Assembly: GCF_009914755.1 (NCBI RefSeq) | Contig: NC_060945.1 | From: the human T2T-CHM13v2.0 reference genome, Homo sapiens | DNA: 64,000 nucleotides | Direction: 5' to 3' (one strand) | Shown: positions 28,691 to 42,357 of the stretch, piece by piece | Numbering within the stretch: position 1 is the stretch's first letter | How the letters are laid out: the number at the start of each line of letters is the position of its first letter | The notes under the pieces: generated by a model | Seen by the model: the letters and a program-made list of their open reading frames with translations, nothing else | The model's database searches: none | What the model was told of the DNA's origin: nothing | Position numbers and translations under genes: made by a program

Positions 28691-28951
28691 TTTTGATTCA
28701 CATTTATTGATTGAACAAAACTTAAGCTTCAAGAGGATTCAGGATTCAAGAGAGGATTCAACAGAGGCTTCAAGATGGGAGATCTGGCCTTAGGCATAAG
28801 AGACTGGGAGTGGGGATACTAGATAGATGTGAGCCACTAGCCTGCATCCAGATGAAACTCATAAACTGTATCTAATGTTCCAGAACATAGGGCAAACACC
28901 AGAATTTTTAGTTTTATTATTTTTTTTTTCTGGTTATAAAAGTATATAGGA

Positions 28952-29367
<416 letters not shown>

Positions 29368-29511
29368 TTAAATACAAGAGGCGAACAAGGGCAGAATTTT
29401 CTCTAATTTCATCTCTGGTGTGACAGATTTGAAAAGCATATTCTTGGGTTCCACATTCTAGGTTCCAATCTCTGAGCTTGGACAAGAAAGAAGCCACCAA
29501 GCTGGGGCCTG

Positions 29512-29670
29512 GGGGTGGAGCGAGGTGGCTCACGCCTGTAATCCCAGCTCTTTGGGAGGCCGAGGTTGATGGATGGCCTGAGCTCAGCGGTTTGAGACCA
29601 GCCTGGGCAATATGTTGAAATCCTCTCTCCACCAAAAACACAAAAAATTAGCCAGGCAAGGTGATGCACC
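29512..29670 (+). mobile_element. 3'-truncated Alu (left arm, linker and start of right arm)
   Basis: ggtggctcacgcctgtaatcccagc...aaaaaattagccaggc; no poly(A). Confidence 0.88.
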
Positions 29671-30029
29671 TCCTTTTGGCTTTTAGATCAAGACTAGAAA
29701 ACTCCCCTAAATGAAATGAAACTTGATGGAGGCTAGCTCCTCTCTTTATTGCAAAAATCATCGTCTGGATTGACAATTTTTTTCCTCTCAAAGATGAGCA
29801 ACTAAACACCAAACCAAAGCATATAGTCTATGAAAAAAATTCTAGAACAAGGAATGAGAACATTGTCATAAAGATGTACAGAAATAATTTGTTTCACTGC
29901 TTCACTTTGGAAATCTCCTGAGGAGAAAAAGAAAATAAAACAAAACAAAATGCCTGTGTCTCAACCCAGAGCTTCTGATTTAGTTGGTCTGGAGTGAGGC
30001 CTGGATGTTGTTTTTTGTTTGTTTGTTTG

Positions 30030-31210
30030 TTTTTAATAGATTTGTTTTTTAGAGCATTTACAGCTTCATAGCAAAATTGAAAGGAAGGTAGAGAGACTTC
30101 CCATATACACCCTTCTCCCACATATGCACAGCCTCCCTTGTTCCCAGCATCTCCCACCAGAATGGTACATTTGTTACAATTGATGAACCTACATTGACAC
30201 ATTATTATCACCCTAAGTCCATGCGTTAGGGCTCACTCTTGGTGTTGTACATTCTATGAGTTTGGACAAATGTATAATGACATGTATCCACCATTATAGT
30301 ATCATACAGAGCAGTTTCACTGCCTAATATGGTTTGGTTCTCTGTCCCCACCCAAATTTCATCTTGTAGCTCCCATAATTCCCATGTGTTGTGCGAGGGA
30401 CCTGGTAGGAGATGATGGAATTCTGAGGGTGGGTCTTACCATTGCTGTTCTTGTGATGGTGAATGGGTCTCACAAGATTTGATGGTTTTAAAAATGGGAG
30501 TTGCCCTGCACATGCTCTCTTTGCCTCCCGCCATCCACGTAAGATGTGACTTGCCCCTCCTTGCCTACCACCATGATTGTGAGGTCTCCCCAGCCATGTG
30601 GAACTGTGAGTCCAATTAAACCTGTTTTTTTTTTGTAAATTGCCGAGTCTCAGGTATGTTTTTATGAGCAGCATGACAACAGACTAATACACTGCCCTGA
30701 AAATCTCCTTTGCTCTGCATATTTATCCCTCCCTATGCCCAAACCCTGGCAACTACTAATCTTTTTACTGTCTCCATAGTTTTGCCCTTTTCAGAATGTC
30801 AAACATTTGGAATCACAAAGTATGCAGGCTTTCCATATTGGCTTCTTTCACTTAGTATCATGCATTTCAGTTTTTGCTATGCCTTTTCATGGTTTTATAG
30901 CTCATAGCTCATTTATTTTAGCACTTGATAATATCCCAATGTCTGGATGTACCACAGCTTATTTATTCGTTCACCTGCTGAAGGACATCTTCGTTGTTTC
31001 CAGGTTTTAGCAATTATGAATAAAGCTGCTATAAACATCTTTGTGTGGACAGAAGTTTCAGTCTTTCTGGGTAAATATCAAAAAGTACAATTGCTGGATT
31101 AAATGGTAATAGTATATTTAGTTTTGTAGGAATCTGTCAAAATGTCTTCCAAAGTGCCTGTATTATTTTTCATTCTTACCAGCAATGAATGAGCGTTCCT
31201 GTTGCTCCAC
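30030..31210 (-). mobile_element. L1MB/MC 3' fragment, interrupted by THE1 and inserted in a MER5A
   Basis: ggtacatttgttacaattgatgaacctacattgacacattatt...aataaagctgctataaacat. MER5A-like halves at ~29890-30010 and 31211-31272. Confidence 0.8.
30325..30691 (+). mobile_element. THE1A-like solo LTR
   Basis: atatggtttgg...cagactaataca. TSD ctgcc at 30320-30324 and 30692-30696. Confidence 0.94.
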
Positions 31211-33402
31211 AGGTATTTTTAAAAAGTGCCACAGGTGACTTTAATGCAGCCAAGTTTCAGAAGCCACTGACTTAGGGCAAGAACATCTGTCAGCAAACAT
31301 CTTCTCTCACTTAGTATTAGTTTCCTTATCTGGTAGAAGAGAAGCCTTCCATAAGACAATAGATCATTGCTTCTTTCTGACTTTCTTGAACATGCTGTTA
31401 CTTTAATGTTTTTATTATAAAATCCTTCAAGGAAATACATGTCCATGCCAAAATATGAGACCCAATTGGCAAATGGAATAAGCCAGAATTACCAAGGATC
31501 TAAGATTACTTCTTTGTGCTTTTTAAATTTTAAAATATATTGTCATCTAAGATACATTGACTACAGAATGATAGAGAACAGTACCAACAAAGCCAAGATC
31601 TTGAACTGGTGCCAATGCATAGGAAAGCTTATTGGGCTCTGTTCATGGCCACAGACCTCTAACCTGATGAAGGCCTCACATTACCGACAAAAAAAGAAGA
31701 AAAGGTATGTTCCTAGACTACTTTCTCCTAAACTCCTGGCCCTTAGGTGCTTGCTTTATCTTTAAAAGGAAGGGAGTGGATGATACGATTTTTAAGCTTC
31801 CTTAATTCTCTAATCTATGCATTACATTATTTTTCTTCAGTAACAGAATTTCATTAGCATTGACGACAAGTTAAAAAGCATGTTCTACTAACTTTTCATC
31901 AGCTACGTTAGATGTAATAAATATTCTTATACTGGGTCTATGATAAGATAAGTGAAAGACTTGCTTCCAGCACCAAATTTGAGCAGGGCGGAGGTTTGGT
32001 AGACTTTGTTATCAAGAAAAATTATACTTTAGTGTTACAGTTTTAAAAATTTAAATTACTGCACAACAATCCACGATGGATAAATCATCAACAGTTCTAA
32101 ATAGAGACAGATTGCATTTTTAAATTAAATGTTTTGTATTATAAATTAATATCTACAATGTTCTAGCTAATATTAAAATCCATATTCATGTAATCATTCA
32201 TACAACAAACTTGTAGTGATTACAAATATAAGGATGTTTAAAACATGACTTTGCCCTCTCAAGACTTATAATGTTATGTGGGGTAGTGACGTTGTCAGGG
32301 TAAGGAAGAAACAGACTTCTGCAATTTATTTAAAGTCAAGGCAAAAATAGAAAAGTATAATAATATAGATACCCATAATATCGACATTTAGAAGCCATAG
32401 TAATTGGTTTTTACTGGAAATGAGTGTGTGTGTGCGTATGTGTGTGTGTATGTGTGTAATAGAATAGTAGCAGCAGAATTGGGCCATCTGCTTGACAAAT
32501 TAGACCTTTTAACTGCATAGAGCTTTGTTAGGAAAGATGATTGAAAGACAACCTGGCTGAAGAATTATATGGCAAAGACCCAGAGACATGAGCATTTAGA
32601 GGAAATCTGGCCTTTGTGTCAGAATCATCAGTGTGTTTGATCAGGTATAGCAGTTGCACATGTGGCTAGAAAAGTTGGTTGGAATTTAGATAAGTACCTG
32701 TCATCTGCTAGATTCCAGAGGAAGGCATGCACTATGGGGTCAAACACTGAGCTGCAAATATTCTTTAAAGTGTGGAATCCTCACAAGTGAGAATCCACTG
32801 TATTTCTAAATACAATAGTGTTTTGGAATTTTGTTGCTTTGACCTAGTAATGTTAGCTGAGAAGATTTAGTTAAACATCCAGGAAAACACGCTGCCTCCA
32901 AAGTTTAGCTTTGAACTGAGAAAAGGAATTATTCACTGCTTCATCTATATCATATGCACAGTGAATCAAAACCAATATAATTTGTTTTTAGTGACTACCT
33001 TTCATTTTGGTGGCTTGAGTACTTTAACATACTAGTCTCTGTGTATATCAGGCTTTGAATTGAGTCAAGATTGACAATTATGATTGAGAATCATTTCCAT
33101 GAGAGAAAAGCAAGCACATCAAAGTGCAATCATTTTTCAAATCGTACACTTGATTCTGGAGATGTAGTGTCTTTGGCCTTGACTTGAAAGCTGTGGTGTT
33201 GAGTCCTTTAGGAGGTGGAAGGTAATGGGTTTAGACAGCAGAAATAAACAAGAACTTCAGGAATCCTGGTTTGACATGATGGAATCCAGTGGCAAGTACA
33301 CTGTATATATCTAAAAATGAATAACAACCTCATGAAAATGTAAGTAGAACTTCATAGTGCTTTCTACCCTGATCTTACCTGATCTTAGCCATAGTGCTTG
33401 TA

Positions 33403-33520
33403 GCCTTCTCTTTCTTTCTCTCCTTCCCCCTTCTCTTCCACTCTTCCTCTTCCTCCCTCCCTTCTCCTCTTCCTCTTCTTATTCTTCCTCCTCCTCCTCC
33501 TTTCTCTCTATTTGTCTCTC
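33403..33520. repeat. CT-rich low-complexity tract
   Basis: Nearly pure pyrimidine run on the + strand. Confidence 0.9.
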
Positions 33521-34517
33521 ATTTCTTGACCTCTAAGATATTGTTTATTGTGGTTCCTTTTTGGTATTGACCAAATTTCTGGCTATTGTGTTACTGGTGA
33601 CTTCTTTTCTAAATTAGGAAATTGTGTTTGGAAAAACAGAAAGAAAAATACTCCCCTTGCTCCCCAAATTTTTGTTTCTTTCGTCAATTAGAATAACATT
33701 AGGGCCAAGTTTAATGGCCCTAATGTTAAATAGCCAAGTTTAAGAATGTATATTTTGGCATAAATCTTCATGTACAAGCTTTTAAATAACTCTTACTCTC
33801 AAGCAAAAGTTTAAGAATTTTTAAACAAAAAGATTATTAAACAAAAAACCAATATCTATGCTAAGAAATGCACATTGGAAACTGAATTAGGATTGTCTGT
33901 TGTAGTATCATGTTTTTGTACTTCCTAGAATTCCCTAAAAACTAGAACATGGTCATTTACAGAGTTTATTATTTAAAAATACACGCTATTTGCACCTAAA
34001 ATAAGATATTATTTAAAAATGCCATTGAGGAAACAAAACTTTCATTCTTCTCAACTCTTTTCATTTGGCTATATGGAAAACATTCCATTTAACTCATTCA
34101 GAAAATGTGCAAAACTGGCTTTACGTACAACACTAATTTTCTAAAATGCATGGGCCAGGGCCGTTTTCCATAGATTTCTTGCAATCAGTTGCATATGGCT
34201 GGAAGTAGAACTAACGGTGATTTACAGTAATTGCCTGTCATCAGTCTATGCCATGTTCACCTGCATAATCCATCAATTGTCCCAACAGTGCCCACAGCTC
34301 ATAACCTACCTGAGGTTATTTGGGTCTCAGGAAACACACAGCACGTGCCAATGTTCCAAGAATGAAGCTCTGGTTCCCAGCTTCTGCTGCTCCAACTTCT
34401 ATAGCAGCAAGGAGAAAAGAGTAACAGACATACTGATCACATCTAATTAGAAGGTAAGAAGTATTCCCTTGAGCATGTTTATGACATAGGCACAATAGGA
34501 CAGGAGTAGTCTATTCA

Positions 34518-34730
34518 AGCGGGTTCCTCAATCTCAGGACTACTGACATTCTGGAGAGAAACATTCTTTGTGTCGGGGGATGGGGGCTGTTCTGTGCATT
34601 TCAAAAGCTTCTTTGGATTCTTTCCACTAGATGTCAATAGCATCCCTCCCACCACTGTGGCAATCCACAACATCTCCAAACATCACAAATATCCCACGGG
34701 GAGAAAATTTTTCCGGATTTAGAACCACTG
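34518..34730 (+). mobile_element. MER20 DNA transposon
   Basis: ggttcctcaatctcaggactactgacatt...ccactagatgtcaatagc...agaaccactg. Confidence 0.85.
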
Positions 34731-37083
34731 TACTAAGGGAAAATTAAAACTAGAAATTTGTAACTGGTCAGCATTATATACTGAATGTATGAAGTATAAG
34801 TAGTCTACATAGTGAAAAAATAATAGGACAAATATTCGTAAAACTAACTTAAAGTGATGTGTATAAACACAAAGCATACATTGACCTTTTGGAAAACTTT
34901 TCATGGGTGAAAGGGAGTGGTAAAAATAAACCTCTACCGTTATGACCCTTCTGAAGCAACTGTGTTTGGAAGAAAAAATGAAATGTGAGAATGGTAGAAA
35001 CTTTTTTCTACACTGGTTCTTACTTTGACCAACTCATTGGTTTTCATTGTACCCTTCGGCTTATGTAAAATAATTATAACTTTTCTTTTCCATGATAGCC
35101 TTTCAACTATTTGAAAGCACATGCTGTTTTGTTCTGAAGTCCATTTTCCAAACTTTATTTTGTTATACAAAATAGGACATAGTTTTAGATCCTCCATCTT
35201 TCTAACCTTTCTCTAAGCAGAGCTTCAATCTGTTTATATTATTATTAAGATTCCCAAGGTTGAGAATCCTAATTCCCATGAGAAACTGAATCAGTTAGAA
35301 ATGCTTTTGTCTCCAAAATTCAGAATATCCTGCAGTGATTTAATCCTTTAACAAAAAAAGTTCTTACATAACAAAAATTCCAGGGATGGTTAATTGTTGA
35401 TATTTGTTCAACTGCTCAAAGACCTAGTCTCTAGCTGAGCAGATGTTATTATGGAGCAAAAAAAGCAGGTGGAATGGAAGTTAGCAGTGTCAGAATCTGC
35501 AACATACCTTATCAATGCAGACTAGGAAGAGCATCACCATTTATAACTGTATTAATGCACTTTAAGAGCTTGTTGCTTCTCTGGGTATTGTATTACATGA
35601 CTGATACTGTATCTACCTGTATCATAGAAGCAATTCCACTGCAATGTAATTTCCTATATATGCACCCCGTTGGCTTTTGCTTGTTGAATATTGAAACCGA
35701 GTCTTATTTGTGATCACATCCCTGTATTATTCTGGGTCATATTACATATGTGCTCAAGAATTGTTTAAAGGATCAATGAATACTAAATATGTTCTAATTT
35801 TAGGAGCAAAATTTTCACTTGTGAGAAATTACTTCTTAGAAAATTTCCATTTGCAGCACATTTGTTTTTGTTTATGTTACATTGGATTTTCTTATTTAGC
35901 TTCTGGAGGTATATAAATTATCTCAAAGTTGTACATAATATTTTGTGTGCATGCTCATTTATTAAGTAAACTACAGCTTTAATAAGTTTCTTAAAGAAGC
36001 ATTTGGTTCCCTGCATCAGATGTTAAGTTCCTATACAATACAGATTTTTTGGAAGAGGATAAATGAAAGATCAAAGTTAAAGGACTTCGAGAGAACATTT
36101 ATTTTCAAGAAAATGTGACAGCCAGCTGGGGCCTATTTTAGAGAGATTTCTGTGTCCTCCTATGACCCCAAAGTAAAAAAAAAAAAAAAATCTACAACGA
36201 CAATTCCGGATTTTATGTCTAATTCTGTCACTGAGCTCACATAATGGGGACCAGTCAATGCAAAAATTTTGGAAATGGCTTAGGAGTCTGATTCTAATGG
36301 ATTGGAAAAATAACAATAATGTGCTCCAGAAACACTCAATCAATATTAAAATAGTTTCATTCTTTCAGTATGAGGAGGGTGCAACATACAATCTGTCCTT
36401 TCTGTAGTTTCCTGACCCATTTTTAGCGGTAGGTGCCTTTTAAAGTCTGTGTTGATGAATTTATATAATTGATCCATAATCTCTGATCAGCCCCATAGGA
36501 GCAATGGCAGAGGAACACGCAGGACTTAGGAGTGAGCTGTATCACTTGAATGGAGCTGGAACTTAATTGTAGCTTCATTAAATAGATCCAAACTAAGGCT
36601 AGCTACATTTTCTAAGTATCACATTTCCCAAGTCTTCATTTTCCTCATTAGAGGGGTTTCAGTTGCTCACAAAAGACCCAGCAGATGCCTGAACAATTCA
36701 TTATACTCTTGTACACATCTGGCTTAATCAATTTTGTAAAATGAAGATGTCTTGTCCAACTTTACATGTAGAACAGATAAAAACTTTCTTTCCTACTGGA
36801 AAATATATTTGGGGCCTGCTTACATCCTGATTCACAGAATGGTCCCCTTACTTCCTGTCTACCTTATATCTGAATACCTCTGGTTCACAGAGTAACAACA
36901 CCTTTCAGAAATGTTGAAATTTTTTTTTCAGGGTAAGGCATTTAGATTGGGAGACAAACAAACAAACAAGCAAAAGAATCAATTCATCCTCCCCACCCTC
37001 ACCAAGGAAGCTTCCCCAGTCAGAGCACTAAGTTAATTACAATACTGCGACTTCTTATCTGCAGTTTGCTTATCTTATACTTG

Positions 37084-37122
37084 ATCGCTTTTCAGCCTTT
37101 TGGCTAAGAGCAAGTGTAGTAT
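37084..37122 (+). pseudogene. 3'-truncated U2 snRNA retropseudogene (nt 1-39)
   Basis: atcgcttttcagccttttggctaagagcaagtgtagtat matches 36/39 nt of the U2 5' end. Flanking direct repeat ttatacttg. Confidence 0.93.
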
Positions 37123-37469
37123 TTTATACTTGAATGGATACAAAGGGTAGTAATCTCCTCCTCACTGATAACTATTATGCCTTTGTAATTCTAAATATTG
37201 TTTCTGAAATAAGAGCCTCATTTTTTCTGCATGTAGGAAAGACATGTTAACAATGAAAAATTTACTTTAAAAGGTTGGTAACCAAAGTATAAAGTGGCAT
37301 ATTTTATAATTTTTCCATTTCTCGAAGAATCAAGGTAGTATCTTTGAGTGTTGTTGATTCACGCGTTGTGAAATTTTTAATTAGTTGTGTTACAAAGGAA
37401 TATTCTGGCACTTCCAAGGCTTGAGCATAAAACATCTTAGAGATTCTACTTGGTTTTCTGCAAAAACCT

Positions 37470-37783
37470 ATTCTTAGAACCCTTAGCCACTTTGTAAGAA
37501 GAGTGAATACCCTGTTGAAGAGGCCACACAGAAAGGCCTTGCGAATACCTGGAGAGGGAGGGGAACCCAGCTGAGACTGATTATCTAGCTGTCCCATCCA
37601 AGACATGAGGCATGTGATTAAACCTGTCTTGGACCTTCCAGTTAAGTCCAGTTGGTGTGTGGAGCAGAAGTATCACCCAGCTGAGAGCCCTGACTCACAA
37701 AATCATAATATTCAATAAAGTGTTGCTTTAAACCACTCCATTTTGGGAAATTAAGTAATAACAGCAATATATAACCAAAACAC
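37470..37783 (+). mobile_element. Old MaLR LTR (MLT1G/H-like)
   Basis: cacccagctgag...ctgactcacaaaatcat...ttgctttaaaccact...cagcaatatataacc. Confidence 0.7.
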
Positions 37784-38148
37784 GTTTGTCAAATCTTTGA
37801 CCCATTTGATTAAAACCGTTACACATGTATTGATTGCCAACAAAGAATTTTTAGCTGCATTTGGAAAACATTTTTCCAGGCAATAAATCTCCATATCCAT
37901 CAATTTCCTGCCCCTGTTTTCTGCCTTGTGTTTGCTTGTTTTTATCACTGTGACTACAGATTGCTACTCTACATCACATTTTTAACCAATCCTGTCCTGG
38001 AGTCAGTGTGTATATATGCAGCCCTTGTTAACAGCTCAAGTGACTTGATAGCAAAATTAGATTAGCGATGGTCTTGTTCCAAGATTTTGTGCCTGATCTG
38101 GTAACTCTGAGTTTGAGTTTTTCTTGTTTCCACCTTGTCCTGTAACCG

Positions 38149-38650
38149 TGATAGTGACAGGAGGCTACCAAATGCCTAGGCTGATGGGGCAGGTCCCATC
38201 CAAAGACAGTTTAAAGCCTGAAAGCCAAGCTACAATTTAAATTTTCACACCGGATTAAGAACTTGTCTTCCTGCTTGGCATGCTTTCCTCTGACTGATCA
38301 CCACCCTTAGCCTATTTTACATATACCTACCCTTTCCTAATTGTTTTTCTACACTGTCGTGCCCACCTTTGAGTGGTGTTTTTGCTTCAAACTTTTTTGC
38401 ATACTCACAAACCAATCAGCATGCACTCCCCATTTTGAGTCCATAAAAGCTCCAGGCTCAGCCATATTGGGGGACTTTCCTGCTTTTAGGTAGGGGAAGC
38501 ACCCCCCGCCCTTCTTTCTCTTTGCTGAGAGCTTTCCTTTCATTTAATACATTCTACTCCACTCACTCTCTGGTGTGCCTAATTCTTCCTGGTCATGAGA
38601 CAAGAACCTGTACCTAGCTGAGCTAAGGAGCAGAAAAAAATCCTGCATCA
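38149..38650 (+). mobile_element. ERV1-class solo LTR (LTR29/LTR9-like; subfamily uncertain)
   Basis: TG...CA termini (tgatagtgacaggagg...tcctgcatca), accg/accc flanks, CCAAT box and cataaaa. Confidence 0.8.
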
Positions 38651-38751
38651 ACCCCAATAACTGGATTGTAATCTTGTTCATTCTGCTTATAGGCCTAACA
38701 TGGTAGCCTTTCTAATAATCCACTCTAGATTGAGATTATTCCTTGTTTTCG

Positions 38752-39372
38752 TGTGTACATTCATTTTCTATTACTACCATAACAAATGCCAATCATTCAG
38801 CATCTTTACCAAACCTATTTATAATATCACAGTTCATAGATATCTAAGCTCAGCAGAGCTCAGCTGGGCCTCTGCTCTGGGTTTACAAGGCTGGAACCAA
38901 GGTATCAGCAGTGCTGCATTCCTTTCTAGAAGATCTAAGGATGAATCCGATTCCAACAAACTCCTTCATGTTTTAGCTAGAATTCATTTGTTTTGAAGTT
39001 GTAGAACTGAGGTTCTCATTTCCCTGCTGGCTGTCCCATTGGCCAGGTGTCATTCTCAGCTTTCTAGACACTGCCTGAATCCTTTTGATCCCTTTCTTCA
39101 TCTTCCTAGCCAGCAGTGGAGCATGGACTCCTTCTCATGCTTGGAGTTCCTCTAACTTCCCCTTCTGCCTTTCTCTTCTGCTTTTAAGAGTTCATGTGAT
39201 TAAACTGGGCTCTCAAATTAATCCAGACTAATCTTCCTATTTTAAGGTTTGTTGGTTATAAACATTAATTCCATATCCACAGTATTTTCACAGCAGTACC
39301 TCAATTTGTGTTTGATTGAATGACCAAGAGACAGGAACTATGGGGGCACATCTTTAGAATCCTGTCTTCCAC
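38752..39372 (-). mobile_element. MLT1D/E-like MaLR LTR
   Basis: ccataacaaat...tcacagttc...agaattcattt...gttgtagaactgagg...ttttaagagttcatgtgatta. Confidence 0.75.
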
Positions 39373-39624
39373 TTTGGTGTCATACCAGGAACTGAAGATC
39401 TGTCTTTGAATCAAGTAACCAGGTTCTTGCTACTACCCATCTACCATGGCTCCTCTACTTCTTGGGCCTAAACTTGGCTTGATTTTTTTCTAAAATTTTT
39501 TTTTTAAACAGCATTACTTGTTAAAAATATTTATATACCCACATTTTGCCATTTTGCAGAGACATCATCAACTATTTCCTGAACCCTTTAATAATTATTA
39601 TTTGACTGGGTTGCCATCAATTTA

Positions 39625-40320
39625 TTGATTCAGTCATTTATTCAACAAGTACTTATTGAATGCCAGGTACCTTCTTAGGAGCTGGTAATACAGCAATGAT
39701 ACAAAATAAAGAGTATGGTCTCAAAGTATGTACATTTCTACATCTGGTTATATGATAGGGATAACAGACTTATACAAACGAGGATATGGTGAAATTTCAG
39801 GAATTTACAAGTGACATGAACAAAAATGAAGGAGAAATGTGTCTATTTAATTTAGGGTGGTCAGGAATGGACTCTCTGAGGGATAACATTTAAGTACAGA
39901 CTTGAAGGAAGCCAGGAAGCCAGTGTATATCTGGAGAAGAGCGTTTTAGGCAAAAGATTCTGGAAAAGGTTTAAACTTGATGCCGTAAAGAGTAGCAGAG
40001 AGGCAAAGTAGCTGGGGAGTGAACCAAGGGGTAAGAAAAGGAGGGAAAATCAGACAGGTCGGTGGTATCAGATCCTGTGGGGCCTTGAAGCCTGTGGAAA
40101 GAAGATTGTTTCCTACTTTCAGTGAGTTAGTAAGGTGTTGGAGAATATTTGGCAGAGGATTTAAATGATCTCACTTAAAGCTTTTCATTATTAGTCTAGC
40201 TGCTGAAGGCAGCAAGAAGTCCCATAAAGAGGCATTTGCTGTTGTTCAGGATAGAAAAGATTAAAGGATTCTACTCAAGTGGTAGCAGTGTAGGAGCTAT
40301 GAACTGGCTGGTCTTAACAT
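39625..40320 (-). mobile_element. L2 fragment
   Basis: ttcaacaagtacttattgaatgccagg...tttagggtggtcaggaa. Confidence 0.75.
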
Positions 40321-42351
40321 AATCTTAAAAAAAGAGACATCTATTGCTTGTTCTCATATACTAATATTCTGTCTGACACTCTTATAGCTGGTCATAGTCA
40401 GGCACTTCCTTTGAGTGTTCAAAGCAACATCTTTGAACAGAGGGATGGTAAAGGAGCTTGACAGTAAAGAAACAATCTAGGTGGAATCTTTACAATGTCT
40501 AGTAGGTAGCAGACATATTTGGAAGATGAAGAGGTTAATGCTTCTCAAAGTTTTGTAGATAAAATACTCTTTTTAAAATCTAAAACTGGCTCAGCCACTA
40601 TTTTTGGAAGCAGTCTACTTATAAGTGATTAAGAAATATTTTCCCATGCTTTCCAAGATTTAGATGCTTCTTATAGTAAATAACAACAATAAAAAGCCCA
40701 TAATTCCAATTGAAAGCAAATCCCAAAGGAGGCTTAGTAGGGAGACAAAGCATTGGAGGTAGCTAGAAGTAGAAGGAGAAATCTATATTACAGAAAATCT
40801 TATGAATGTACATTGGAGTGAGGTCTTGGGCTAGGTACTGCCCCAGATGGTTAATCATTCTGGCATCGTGTCTCCTTATGTGACAGACATGGATAGGAAC
40901 TAGAAAAAGCAGGGCTATTCTACTATACTCCCTCACCTGTATCTACATAATGACATATAATCATTTATTTTGTGGGAATTTAATTTAACAGAATTTAATT
41001 GAACAGATAAAACACTCAATAATATATCAGAAAAGACCCAACAGAATCTGAGAAATAGAGATGATTTGGACTTCACAAACATCTAGAGTTCCATTTCTAA
41101 GCATCCCCTTTGTTCATTCTACTCCTAATCCAAAAGCTATCCCCATTACCACTTTTATGCCTTTGACCTTGTCTGACCCAACTCATTTCCAGCTGTGAAG
41201 GAGTTTGTAAGGTAAAATACCAAACTCTTTTTTGAAAAACTCTTACCAGCAATTTCTTAGTTTTCTACATCAAATTATCTCTCCTCTTTCCTTAAACAAC
41301 AATCTTCTGTGCTACCTTCAGCTCCTGGCTCTATCCTTACTGCTTGCCTAATTCTTCATAGTTTCCTTAACATTTTCATTGGAATTTTAGGAATGTTCTT
41401 GCTTTTACTCAGGGGGCCTACACATTAGGCGTAAACACTTCCCTCCATTTCTCTAATCTCCCAGTCAATCCTTCAACCACCCTGCAATCTCTCGCTCAGA
41501 TTCACTTTTGCACCAACCTAATAGCTAATAATTAATGGCTATCATATTGTGACTGTTATCTGTAACATGGAATCTTAATACCAGTATCACAAGAGCCAAA
41601 GGGCATGGAGAGAAATTTGTGGTAGAAAGTTTGTGGGGTGATTACCACAGGGCCTAACTCAATGAGATGTTGAACAAATCTTAGCTATATTTTGATAGCT
41701 AGTGTGTATGTATATATTATACCATCTTTTTAAAAATATAGATGTTTTAAATCATTTCTTTAAAAGCATACATCCTCCTAAGGAGAAAATTTAAAGTACC
41801 GCCATTCTACAATACTGTTTGATAGGGAAATTCAGCATTTGAAATGTACGCTAAAAAGTAATGATTCCAGGTTTAAAAAGAATTAATGCTCCTAGGAAGC
41901 TTAATGTTATAAATGTTATAAAATAGACTTTTGCTAGTCAATTTCAGGTTGTTTTTTTTTTTTAAATTTCTATGCTTGCATTATTATCTCAACTCTTTAA
42001 CTTTGTATCTGGACTAAGTTTAGACATAAAAATTAAAAATGAAGCAGTAGATTATGTTGCTTGCTGTTTCTAATTTAACACCAGAATTTTAATAGTATGC
42101 AATCTTCAAGGGTTGGTAGTCTGGTAAAAACTTGAAGCAATAGTTTCATAGAACTTTAACTAAGATAAAGTATTAATTGTCTATGCCAAAGAGGGTGAGC
42201 AATGATAGAGATTATAAAGAGCCTAGGGCTTCCCTGAGACCCAGCTTGGTGCTACCACTGTTAAGAGAAAATTAAAAATAAATGAACAATAGTTTCCAAC
42301 TCTAAAACATATTATATGCAGTACATACTTTAACCTAGTTTACAATTTATA

Positions 42352-42357
42352 TTTATT
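42352..42357 (-). terminator. Probable distal polyadenylation signal AATAAA of ADAMTS5
   Basis: tttatt on the + strand, with U/GU-rich sequence downstream on the minus strand. Other minus-strand AATAAA hexamers lie at 42787, 43634, 44375, 44973, 45667 and 46588. Confidence 0.7.

Noticed and set aside
28726-28776. Repeated ggattca/gcttcaaga units
   Set aside because: Short degenerate slippage repeat with no unique spacers; not CRISPR-like.
29672-29697. U2-like string ccttttggcttttagatcaag directly after the truncated Alu (possible Alu-U2 chimera)
   Set aside because: Only ~20 nt match with an indel and no TSD; cannot be distinguished from chance.
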